A stretch of 16,518 nt of DNA from Candidatus Omnitrophota bacterium (GTDB taxonomy: Bacteria > Omnitrophota > Gorgyraeia > JABMRN01 > RBG-13-46-9), in contig JABMQJ010000003.1 of the NCBI GenBank assembly GCA_013203315.1, positions 1 to 16,518 of the forward strand, read 5' to 3'. The notes under the pieces were generated by a model that worked only from the letters and a program-made list of their open reading frames with translations, was not told the origin of the DNA and ran no database searches. How positions within the stretch are numbered: the first letter of the stretch is position 1; each line of letters starts with the position of its first letter. Position numbers and translations under genes: made by a program. Below, in pieces: positions 1-9,512 of the stretch.

Positions 1-42
1 AAAATTATAAATATAAACATATAGCTTACTACAATTTTTTGA

Positions 43-72
43 AGAATAAAGAGCTCCGTCGTTTAATTGCAA
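43..72 (-). promoter_or_regulatory. Possible divergent promoter pointing out of the window
   Basis: - strand TTGCAA (72-67), 18 nt, TATTCT (48-43). An ATG at 20-18 opens a frame (MFIFII...) that runs off the edge. The AT-rich context makes chance matches likely. Confidence 0.25.
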
Positions 73-118
73 GCCGCCCTCGCCAATACCCTCTCATTCC
101 GTTAGCTAAGAGAAAGCG

Positions 119-147
119 TTGACAGTATGCTTCGCGGGTGATAAGAT
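119..147 (+). promoter_or_regulatory. Putative sigma70-type promoter for the ComF-family gene
   Basis: TTGACA (119-124), 17-nt spacer, TAAGAT (142-147) preceded by TG at 139-140 (extended -10, TGnTAAGAT); ATG at 157. Confidence 0.7.
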
Positions 148-156
148 ATTTATATC

Positions 157-885
157 ATGCCAATTACAATGGAGAAGCCGATTAAGGTTTTTAAGACATT
201 TCTCGATATAGTGCTGCCCCCTGTTTGTTACATGTGCGGGAAGAGTTGTTCGAGTAAGTACGGGCTTTGCGATTTTTGTCTGGAGAAAATACATCCTATA
301 CCACCCCCTCATTGCCAAAAGTGCGGAAGGCGCGTGACCACTAGCGAATCGCTTTGCGCGGAATGCATCGCGAAAAAGTCCTGCGTCGAGCGAGGTTGGT
401 CCTGCTGCCATTACAAGGATACTATAAAGGAGTGCATTCACCTTTTTAAGTATAGGGGTTACGTGGGGCTAGTAGATATTTTTAAAGACGTTATGGCGGG
501 CTTTATTAAAAAGCATCGCATACATGAAGAGGTAAACTTCATTGTGCCGGTTCCGATATACGCGACAAAAAAACGCGAAAGAACATATAATCACGCCGAG
601 GTTCTTGCCCGTTCGCTATCGAAATTTTTCGTAATTCCTATGGATACAAAAAATTTGAAAAAAATAAAGTGGACACAGTCGCAAAGTGAACTGGGTAAAG
701 AAAAGCGCCTGAAAAACGTAAAAGACACGTTTCTTGCCGTAGACAGAAATGTCTTCTCAGGTAAAAGCATACTTCTTGTGGATGATGTATATACTACGGG
801 GGCGACGATAGATGAGTGCGCTAAAATACTTCTTCTGGCTGGGGCAGGTAAGGTCTTCTCTCTTGTCCTTGCTCGCGGGGCCTAG
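157..885 (+). CDS. comF: ComF family protein (double zinc ribbon + type I phosphoribosyltransferase domain)
   Basis: Four CxxC pairs (CYMC, CDFC, CQKC, CAEC), IHLFKY, VPVP, ERTYNHAE (RGFNQ-like), TQSQSEL, and PRPP-binding loop ILLVDDVYTTGAT. Alternative start is ATG 169. Confidence 0.9.
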   Translation: MPITMEKPIKVFKTFLDIVLPPVCYMCGKSCSSKYGLCDFCLEKIHPIPPPHCQKCGRRVTTSESLCAECIAKKSCVERGWSCCHYKDTIKECIHLFKYRGYVGLVDIFKDVMAGFIKKHRIHEEVNFIVPVPIYATKKRERTYNHAEVLARSLSKFFVIPMDTKNLKKIKWTQSQSELGKEKRLKNVKDTFLAVDRNVFSGKSILLVDDVYTTGATIDECAKILLLAGAGKVFSLVLARGA

Positions 886-1826
886 ATTAGAATATCCCTC
901 ACAAGATAAATAAAATCCTTCCAGGCATAATAAAAGAAAAATTCCCAGGCAGGCGGATAAACTTTCCTTATTTCGTAATCCACGTAGTCTCTATTTACCT
1001 TGACTACTATATAATTTAAAAAACTGCCTCCGGAAGACGGCTGTATAAGAAGGCTTCCTCCTCCTCCGCAAACCAGATAAGTAACAGACCCAAATTTAAC
1101 TGCCCGGCTCACGTTCTCGTGCCCTGAAAATACCATGTCAACGTTATATTCATCGCAAAGTTTTAAGAATCTGTGGCTCCAGGGGTTGGTCTCGACCCTG
1201 TACCAGGCCTGCTGGTAAGGATTAAATGGAGGTTTGTGCATAAAAATAAAGGTATGTTTATAGCTTTTAGCTTTTACAAGCTCTCCTTCGAGCCGCGTAA
1301 ATTGCGCATCTGTAAAATTCCCGTCTTTATCATCTAAAACTATAAAGTATGAATTTCTGTCGACAAATGAAAATTCCTCTTTTCCACAGTACATGTTAAA
1401 AAGGGCGAGCCCCTCCGGCCCGTTATCCAGATCGTCATCATGGTTTCCTATAACATCTATAACGGGAAACTTAATCATATTTTTTATTTTAAGGTAGTTT
1501 TTGTAATGCGATTCCTTCCCCCTGAAGGTCACGTCACCTACGTTTATTGTAAAATCTATGGGAATTTTATCGAACCTGTCTTCCCTGTTCATTGTTTCTA
1601 TTATTTTAAGCGTTGAGGCCTCGTTAAAGAGCATCCCGCTTCCGGTGTCGCTTGTTACGATAAAGCTAAAATAAGGGTCTGTGTTCTTTTTTAGCGACTC
1701 TGCTACTTGCCGGTTTACCGTTATAACACCGGGTGAGCTTTGCAAATAAAATGAAACGATAGGAATAAAAGAATAAATAATAATCGCGATAAAGATAATA
1801 ACTAATACTATTAAAAACTTTTTCAT
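882..1826 (-). CDS. Membrane-anchored calcineurin-like metallophosphoesterase (purple-acid-phosphatase-like motif set, partly substituted)
   Basis: N-terminal MKK + ~24 hydrophobic residues; motifs SDTG, VGDVTF, IGNHD, FMHKPP, FSGHEN, and late GGGG. SD-like AAGGA upstream of ATG. Confidence 0.85.
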   Translation of the reverse strand: MKKFLIVLVIIFIAIIIYSFIPIVSFYLQSSPGVITVNRQVAESLKKNTDPYFSFIVTSDTGSGMLFNEASTLKIIETMNREDRFDKIPIDFTINVGDVTFRGKESHYKNYLKIKNMIKFPVIDVIGNHDDDLDNGPEGLALFNMYCGKEEFSFVDRNSYFIVLDDKDGNFTDAQFTRLEGELVKAKSYKHTFIFMHKPPFNPYQQAWYRVETNPWSHRFLKLCDEYNVDMVFSGHENVSRAVKFGSVTYLVCGGGGSLLIQPSSGGSFLNYIVVKVNRDYVDYEIRKVYPPAWEFFFYYAWKDFIYLVRDILI

Positions 1827-1842
1827 CTATTTTTCCTTTTGT

Positions 1843-2934
1843 TTAATACTTATTAAGAAAATATATGCCCAAGCCGCCGAAGAGTATGTTGCTTAACCAT
1901 GCCGCTATAACCGGCGGCAATATCCCGCCTTTTCCGAGCGCAAGCCCGATAGCCATGACGGGAATATAAAGGAGCGCTACAACGATCCCTTTTGCCATTC
2001 CCATAAGCGCTCCCCCTCTTTTGGTCGAAAGCGCGAAAGGCGCGCTTATAAGTATTGTTATAAGGCACGTAAAGGGAAATGCTATTTTGTGGTTTAAATC
2101 TACTAGAAGCCGACGCTCGGTTCTCTTGCTGCTTGTCGCAAATATATCGACATATTTTTTAAGCTGCGCGTAGCTCATAAATTCGGGCTTCCATTGATTA
2201 TTGATAAAATCAGTCGGTGTTTCGGCAATTGATATATCCGTTTCCGTAGAGACCACGGGATCCCCCATGAATTCACCCTTGTTGTTTAACCTATACAAAA
2301 TTACACCCGTGCCGTGCCATTTTTTCCCTTCGGTCCAACGCATCTCCCTGGCGGAGATTTTCAGTATAAGGTCGTTTGTCGGATCGTGCTTGTGTATTAT
2401 AACGTCTTTAAGTATATTTTTCTGCACATCGAATTCCCTGGCAAAGATGATTCTGTTTCCGTATCCGTATATGGCGACATTGCGCACCTTAATACTCTGA
2501 TCCTTATCGCGTTTTCCGACATCAAGTTTCTCGTAGCGAATCCTGTTTGCGGTTCTCATCGCAGACGGCAGAAATCTGTCATTGGTAATAAATACAGCTA
2601 GGCTTATAATAAACGCCGCCGCGAGCATGGGCCTTAGAATCTTCCATATGCCTATGCCGCTTGCCCTTAAGGCCGTGATTTCACTATGCCTGTTCAGGTT
2701 TCCTAAAAAATAAACGCAGGCGATGAGCGTAGAAACAGGGATCATCTGTATCAGTATAAACGGCGTCATATTCCAGTAAAAAGCGATAAGGCTTGCGACA
2801 GGTATGCGCTCGCGTAATATTTCGTCAAGAAAACCGAATATATCGCCTATTATGAAAAGAATCCAAAGAATAAAAACACAAAATAAAAATGTGCTTATGA
2901 ATCCTTTAAATATGTACCGTTCTATAATTACCAT
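1843..2934 (-). CDS. lptG: LPS export ABC transporter permease, LptF/LptG (YjgP/YjgQ) family, LptG position
   Basis: IIERYI start, three N-terminal TM segments, coupling helix RHSEITALRASGIG, periplasmic domain, KIAFPF then three C-terminal TM segments with PPVIAAWLSN. TAATG overlap with the upstream paralog. Confidence 0.85.
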   Translation of the reverse strand: MVIIERYIFKGFISTFLFCVFILWILFIIGDIFGFLDEILRERIPVASLIAFYWNMTPFILIQMIPVSTLIACVYFLGNLNRHSEITALRASGIGIWKILRPMLAAAFIISLAVFITNDRFLPSAMRTANRIRYEKLDVGKRDKDQSIKVRNVAIYGYGNRIIFAREFDVQKNILKDVIIHKHDPTNDLILKISAREMRWTEGKKWHGTGVILYRLNNKGEFMGDPVVSTETDISIAETPTDFINNQWKPEFMSYAQLKKYVDIFATSSKRTERRLLVDLNHKIAFPFTCLITILISAPFALSTKRGGALMGMAKGIVVALLYIPVMAIGLALGKGGILPPVIAAWLSNILFGGLGIYFLNKY

Positions 2935-4028
2935 TATCTTCTAGCAAATTTAAAAAATAAAATTACACCGACAAACGCCAAAACGGCGTTTGCCATCCAT
3001 ATCCCGGCCCACGGCGGGACAATTTGGCGTATGGAACACGCCACCCCTCCCAACATGATGGCCCAGTATATGATAAAAAGTAGCATCGTAAGCCCGAAAT
3101 TTATCGATTTTTCTCTTCTGTGCGTACGCAAGGCAATCGGTATTCCTATTAGGACAAATACAAAACTCGAAAACGCCAGCGCCAGCTTATTATGCATCTC
3201 AATATAAAGAGGCGTGGCACTTATATTATCTTTTTCCAGCCTGCGTATTTCCTCCTTAATTTCGGCTATATTCATTTCCCTGGGTTTTTTCTCTATTTCC
3301 TCGAATTTTAAGGCCTCTTTAAGGTTTAATGTCATATAGTAGGTTTCGAATATCAGTTTGTAGAAATTATCCGGGTCATGGGGTAGCGCCTCGTCAGCAC
3401 TTCCGTTTTGCAGCTTAAGCCTTATGGTGCCCTCCTCCGGATTCACTATGACCTCGCCTTTTTCGGCTACTATCGTCCGGGTGGATTTATTGTCCTGCGG
3501 CTGATAAATCCTGATGTTTTTCATCTTGTTCCCTTTTATGCTATAAACAAAGATTACGTAGTTTTTGAAGCCTTTGATAAATACGCCCGGCTCTAAAAGC
3601 GCGAGAGGATTTCTTATTCCGATTTCCTTTATAAGCTTCCTGGCTCTGTATCCGGATTCTGGCAGTATCCTGTCATTTAGCGGCACGCAAAAAAGGCTAA
3701 CAATAAGTGAAACAATAATGGCGGGCGCAGCGATTTTATAGAGGCTTACACCGCTTGCCTTAAGCGCGATAATCTCGTTGTCGCTGCCTAATCTTCCAAA
3801 AGAAAGTAGGGTCGCAGAAAGCATTGATATAGGTATCGTGAAGGTTAAGAGCCACGGCATAAGCATCAAAAAAAGATTGAAAATGTAAAGCGCGCTTACG
3901 CCTTTATTGATGATGAGGTCGGCAACCTGTATGATATGCCCGGCGGCAAGTATCATCGTAGATACGAGAAGGGACAGAAAAAACGGCCCCTTTATTTCCC
4001 GTAACAGGTAATGCCTTATTATGTGCAT
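2934..4028 (-). CDS. lptF: LPS export ABC transporter permease, LptF/LptG family, LptF position
   Basis: IIRHYLLRE start, FGRLGSDNEIIALKASGVS coupling helix, LEPGVF, 3+3 TM layout, PPWAGIWMAN. First of the tandem pair. Confidence 0.85.
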   Translation of the reverse strand: MHIIRHYLLREIKGPFFLSLLVSTMILAAGHIIQVADLIINKGVSALYIFNLFLMLMPWLLTFTIPISMLSATLLSFGRLGSDNEIIALKASGVSLYKIAAPAIIVSLIVSLFCVPLNDRILPESGYRARKLIKEIGIRNPLALLEPGVFIKGFKNYVIFVYSIKGNKMKNIRIYQPQDNKSTRTIVAEKGEVIVNPEEGTIRLKLQNGSADEALPHDPDNFYKLIFETYYMTLNLKEALKFEEIEKKPREMNIAEIKEEIRRLEKDNISATPLYIEMHNKLALAFSSFVFVLIGIPIALRTHRREKSINFGLTMLLFIIYWAIMLGGVACSIRQIVPPWAGIWMANAVLAFVGVILFFKFARR

Positions 4029-4030
4029 TT

Positions 4031-5344
4031 TTAATCATCGCCCTCGCCGTCCATTTCTAAAGCGGCAAGTTCTCCTTTTATGCGCGCCTGGACTGCTTTG
4101 GGTTTAAAATATTTCGACACGATTTCTTTCGTGCCTTTAATATTCAGTTTTCCGAAAAGAAACTGGAATTCTTTTTCCACTTCGGCAACTATTTTTTCCT
4201 TTGCGGCTTTCGGCATATTGATGATATCTGCCTTGAAAGGGCCGAGGGCTTTTTTCCTGGTTTTATAGATGAACTGCTCCTCTGTCTGGCCGTCTTTTTT
4301 CTCCGCGGAAAGATTCTTTGATATCCAGGAATAAATTTTTTCTTTTAAATCTTTCGGGAAATTTTTGCTATCATAAACGATATTCTGGAATTGCGTAGCA
4401 AGGTGCACCTCTGCTGCTTCAACTTCGGGAAACTTGCCGAACGCATCATTCGGTAGCGTAGAAGCGCCGTGCTGAACAGCGCCCGCCATTCCGAATTCAT
4501 CTCTGGCCAGTTTGGATAAATTTCTTAAGGTTTCAAAATCAAGCTTCACCTTAGCAACCGTACCGTCAGCCAGGACCACGCCGCCATGAGATGTACCCGT
4601 CTGGATACTTATCTTGCTTATACCGGTCATGTCTTTCCCTATTAATTCCCGATACCCATGCATGTAGACACGTAGTTCATCGGGTGTCGAGTTCTTTCCG
4701 CCGACTTCTCCGATCTCTCCGCCAATTGATACGCTAAGCCCTTCCGGCTCTATTTCGCGGATAAATTTCGTGAGTTCCGCGCATACCTTGTAGTTATGCA
4801 ATTGTTCTTCCTTCGTTGTCGGCTTTGAAAGATCCACAAGGGTCGAAGAATCTATGTCTATGTTGTAGAACCCTGCGCTTACAGCCTCCGTAATTAGGTC
4901 TCTTATTCCCTGGACTTCTTTTTCGGGGTTTTCTTTGTATTTTTTGGCGTTTAACTGAAAATGATCGCCCTGGATAAATATAGGCCCCGAAAACTCTTCC
5001 CGGACAGCGGCCGCAACACACATACTTACGTACTCTGAGGGTATCTGGCCGGTATATCCCATTTCTGACTTCGCGATTTCTAATATAAATGTTCCCGCAT
5101 CTATTTTTTTGGCGGTTCTGAATATCGCGCGCGCCAACTCATATGTCATTGTGCGTATATTTATCGCCGGAACCGTAAAACCCCCGAACCCGTCTTTGGC
5201 CCTTGCCATGTACAGGTCATTTATGCTCCACGGATAGACTCCTTTTTCATAACCCTTCTCAAGAATAGCTTTCGCCAATTTTTTCTTTTCTTCTCTTGTT
5301 TTTGCCAGCGCTAACTCAATCGCTAATTTGTCGATATTCGGCAT
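4031..5344 (-). CDS. Class II (metal-dependent) fructose-bisphosphate aldolase-like protein, long atypical subfamily
   Basis: TVPAIN, QGDH, DIDSS, GEIGEVGG, GTSHGG and VQHGAS motifs of class II aldolases; directly downstream of pfkA. Start reassigned from TTG 5365 to ATG 5344, which has AAGGAG upstream. Confidence 0.8.
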   Translation of the reverse strand: MPNIDKLAIELALAKTREEKKKLAKAILEKGYEKGVYPWSINDLYMARAKDGFGGFTVPAINIRTMTYELARAIFRTAKKIDAGTFILEIAKSEMGYTGQIPSEYVSMCVAAAVREEFSGPIFIQGDHFQLNAKKYKENPEKEVQGIRDLITEAVSAGFYNIDIDSSTLVDLSKPTTKEEQLHNYKVCAELTKFIREIEPEGLSVSIGGEIGEVGGKNSTPDELRVYMHGYRELIGKDMTGISKISIQTGTSHGGVVLADGTVAKVKLDFETLRNLSKLARDEFGMAGAVQHGASTLPNDAFGKFPEVEAAEVHLATQFQNIVYDSKNFPKDLKEKIYSWISKNLSAEKKDGQTEEQFIYKTRKKALGPFKADIINMPKAAKEKIVAEVEKEFQFLFGKLNIKGTKEIVSKYFKPKAVQARIKGELAALEMDGEGDD

Positions 5345-5361
5345 TTTTTTTCTCCTTAAAT

Positions 5362-6345
5362 TCAAGTTGCTAAAATTTTGGTTAATTTATATAAATTATC
5401 GTCCAGCATTACTTTCTTGTGATCTTTTTCGCATGCCTTTTTGTAAGGCACTATCTTTAAATCCCCCGCAACTACTCCGACCATTGAGTCGGTATGACCT
5501 TTTAAGAGCGCCTCTACCGCTTCGTATCCGAGCCGGGAGGCCAGGATTCTGTCAAACGCTTCGGGAGACCCGCCTCTCTGTACGTGTCCAAGCACGATCG
5601 CGCGAACACTAAAGCCTGTTTTTTTCTTTATCATATCAGCGATATCGCCTGCCTTGGCAACGCCCTCGGAAACTACTATAATCCAGCTACGCTTTCCCTT
5701 TTTTCTTCCTGCGACGATATCGTCACACATCTGGACAGTGTTATATTGCGTATAAGGAAAAAGAACATCCTCTGCCCCGCCCGCTAAACCTACTCTTATG
5801 GCAATAAAAGGATCGTGCCGGCCCATAACTTCGACAATATAAATGCGCTCCATACTTGTCACGGTGTCTCTTATTTTATCTATGGCGTCCAGTGCAGTGC
5901 TCACAGCCGTGTGAGCCCCTATCGTATAATCTGAACCGGATATGTCGTTATCTATTGTTCCGGGAATGCCTATGTTCGGGACCTTGAATTCTTCCCATAA
6001 CGCGTGCGCTCCTTTAAAAGAACCGTTTCCACCTATAATAATAAGTGCGTCCAGGGCGTTTTTCTTAATTGTCGCGTGCGCTTTGGCCCGGCCCTCTTTT
6101 GTCATGAATTCTTTTGAACGCGCTGTTTTTAAGATTGTCCCGCCGCGGCCTAAAATGTTGCTCACGCTTCTGGCGTTCATGTCTATTATTTCGTTTTGTA
6201 TGAGGCCTTCATATCCGCGCATTACGCCCTTTACTTCCAGGCCTCTTTGGATGGCGCACCTAACTACGCTTCGTACCGCCGCGTTCATGCCCGGCGCATC
6301 CCCGCCGCTTGTTAAAACACCGATTCTTTTTATTTTAATACCCAT
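5362..6345 (-). CDS. pfkA: ATP-dependent 6-phosphofructokinase (PfkA family)
   Basis: IGVLTSGGDAPGMNAA, GGTILKTAR, GGNGS, PGTIDND, EVMGR, LGHVQRGG. Gly at both phosphoryl-donor specificity positions indicates the ATP type. Confidence 0.95.
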   Translation of the reverse strand: MGIKIKRIGVLTSGGDAPGMNAAVRSVVRCAIQRGLEVKGVMRGYEGLIQNEIIDMNARSVSNILGRGGTILKTARSKEFMTKEGRAKAHATIKKNALDALIIIGGNGSFKGAHALWEEFKVPNIGIPGTIDNDISGSDYTIGAHTAVSTALDAIDKIRDTVTSMERIYIVEVMGRHDPFIAIRVGLAGGAEDVLFPYTQYNTVQMCDDIVAGRKKGKRSWIIVVSEGVAKAGDIADMIKKKTGFSVRAIVLGHVQRGGSPEAFDRILASRLGYEAVEALLKGHTDSMVGVVAGDLKIVPYKKACEKDHKKVMLDDNLYKLTKILAT

Positions 6346-6350
6346 AATCT

Positions 6351-7610
<1,260 letters not shown>

Positions 7611-8753
7611 TTAGACTTCCTTTCTGAGCGCTTTAGCTTTACCAATCTCCTCCCACGGAAAGCCTTCATTCTCTCTCCCGAAGTGTCCGTAGCTAGCAGT
7701 CTTTAAGTATATTGGCCTTCGCAATCTTAGATTCTTGATAATCCCGTATGGAGTAAGATCAAAAGTCCTGCGTATTGCTTTTACGAGGCTTTCTTCGCTT
7801 ACATTGCCTGTCCCAAACGTATTCACCATTATACTGACAGGCTCGGCTATGCCTATCGCGTAAGCAAGTTGTATCTCGCATTTCTTGGCCAGTTTCGCGG
7901 CAACGACATTTTTGGCCACGTGCCGCGCCATGTAAGAAGCGGATCTGTCCACCTTTGTAGGATCTTTTCCGGAGAAGCATCCCCCACCGTGACTTCCGAC
8001 ACCGCCGTATGTATCAACAATGATTTTTCTTCCTGTTACACCCGTGTCGGCCTGAGGGCCGCCTATTTCAAATCTTCCGGTAGGGTTTACAAAAATCTTT
8101 ACTTTTTTATCCATGAGGCCTTTAGGAATAATCTTGTCTATGACAAGTTTTTTCATATCGTGCCTTATGTCTTTAGTCTTAACCTTACCGTCATGATGCG
8201 CGCTTACAACAACGTCTTTTACCTTGTGCGGGGCACCGCCCACGTATTCTACCGTAACCTGCGTCTTGCCATCAGGCCTTAAATAATCGACTATCTTCTT
8301 TTTTCGTAATTCCGCAAGGCGCTTTGAAAGTTTATGCGCGAGGGCGATTGGCATCGGCATCAATTCCTTCGTCTCATCGCTGGCGTAACCGAACATCATG
8401 CCCTGGTCTCCCGCACCGCCTTTATCAACGCCAAGCGCTATGTCGCCTGACTGTGACTGTATAGAGGTTACGACACCGCACGTAAGATAATCAAATCCGT
8501 AATGCGGGTTTGTATAACCTATTTTCTTAATAGTATTCCTGATAATCTTGGGTATTTCTACGTAGCATGAAGTCGTGATTTCACCGGCAACCATAACCAG
8601 GCCCGTCGTTACCATTGCCTCGCAGGCAACGCGTCCCATCGGGTCGCGCTCGTAAATAGCGTCCAAGATGCTATCTGAAATCTGGTCACATACTTTATCG
8701 GGATGCCCTTCCGTTACACTTTCTGAAGTCAATAAATACCTGTGTTTTCCCAT
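7611..8753 (-). CDS. metK: S-adenosylmethionine synthetase
   Basis: [73 protein letters not shown]. Confidence 0.97.
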   Translation of the reverse strand: MGKHRYLLTSESVTEGHPDKVCDQISDSILDAIYERDPMGRVACEAMVTTGLVMVAGEITTSCYVEIPKIIRNTIKKIGYTNPHYGFDYLTCGVVTSIQSQSGDIALGVDKGGAGDQGMMFGYASDETKELMPMPIALAHKLSKRLAELRKKKIVDYLRPDGKTQVTVEYVGGAPHKVKDVVVSAHHDGKVKTKDIRHDMKKLVIDKIIPKGLMDKKVKIFVNPTGRFEIGGPQADTGVTGRKIIVDTYGGVGSHGGGCFSGKDPTKVDRSASYMARHVAKNVVAAKLAKKCEIQLAYAIGIAEPVSIMVNTFGTGNVSEESLVKAIRRTFDLTPYGIIKNLRLRRPIYLKTASYGHFGRENEGFPWEEIGKAKALRKEV

Positions 8754-8756
8754 GTT

Positions 8757-9509
8757 TTAAGCCCTGCCTTCCTTTCTTGTGAATTCTTCATCTGCTTTTT
8801 TTAACGAATTTATATCACCTATGTCATACCATGCGCTTTCGGCAATATAGCCGAAAACCTTATCAGTGCCGGCAAGCCACTTGAGGAGGTTCCCCGGGGC
8901 GTCTTTCGGCAAATCTGTTTTCATATAATCGTATATTTTCGGGACTTTTTCTTTCGGGATAAAATAAAGCGCTGTTGCCGCCAACGTACTTTTTGGAGTT
9001 TTCGGTTTTTCCTGGAACTCTAAAACCTGCGAACTCCTGTCCACATTACATATGCCGTATTTTGTGGCAAGTTTTTTATCTTTTATGTCAATAAGCGCGA
9101 GCGAGCTAAAAGGCCTTTTTTCGGTTCCGAATTCTGCAAAATCCCGCAATTCAAACTCAAATAGATTATCGCTTCCCGTAATCAAAAGATCCTCATCCGG
9201 ATTTTTTTGTGTTAAAACAAGATTTATATCGCCTATAGCGCCAAGTCTCGTTTCATTGGAAAGCGTGCGGTCGTTTATAACTTCTATCTTTACCGAGAAA
9301 CTACCGGCATCCTTCCACTCACAGAAAGGTTTGTGGAATTTTTCGTTTGTAACTATAAAGGCTTCTTTACATTCTTTTATACCCTCGATCTTTTTAACGA
9401 GCCTATCGAGTATGGTTTTTCCCCCGACTTCTAAAAGGGCCTTCGGCTTATCGAGTGTAAGCGGATAAAGCCTCGTACCGTAACCTGCGGCTAATATTAT
9501 TGCTTTCAT
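8757..9509 (-). CDS. Sugar-phosphate nucleotidyltransferase (NTP_transferase family), substrate unknown
   Basis: ILAAGYGTRLYPLTLDKPKALL signature, GSDNLF, YG, FQEKP, WYDIG; 250 aa, no C-terminal beta-helix domain. Confidence 0.85.
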   Translation of the reverse strand: MKAIILAAGYGTRLYPLTLDKPKALLEVGGKTILDRLVKKIEGIKECKEAFIVTNEKFHKPFCEWKDAGSFSVKIEVINDRTLSNETRLGAIGDINLVLTQKNPDEDLLITGSDNLFEFELRDFAEFGTEKRPFSSLALIDIKDKKLATKYGICNVDRSSQVLEFQEKPKTPKSTLAATALYFIPKEKVPKIYDYMKTDLPKDAPGNLLKWLAGTDKVFGYIAESAWYDIGDINSLKKADEEFTRKEGRA

Positions 9510-9512
9510 TTT

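Noticed and set aside
5345-5365. TTG start giving a 444-aa aldolase
   Set aside because: ATG at 5344 has a proper AAGGAG SD, and the extension simply translates that SD and its A-run.
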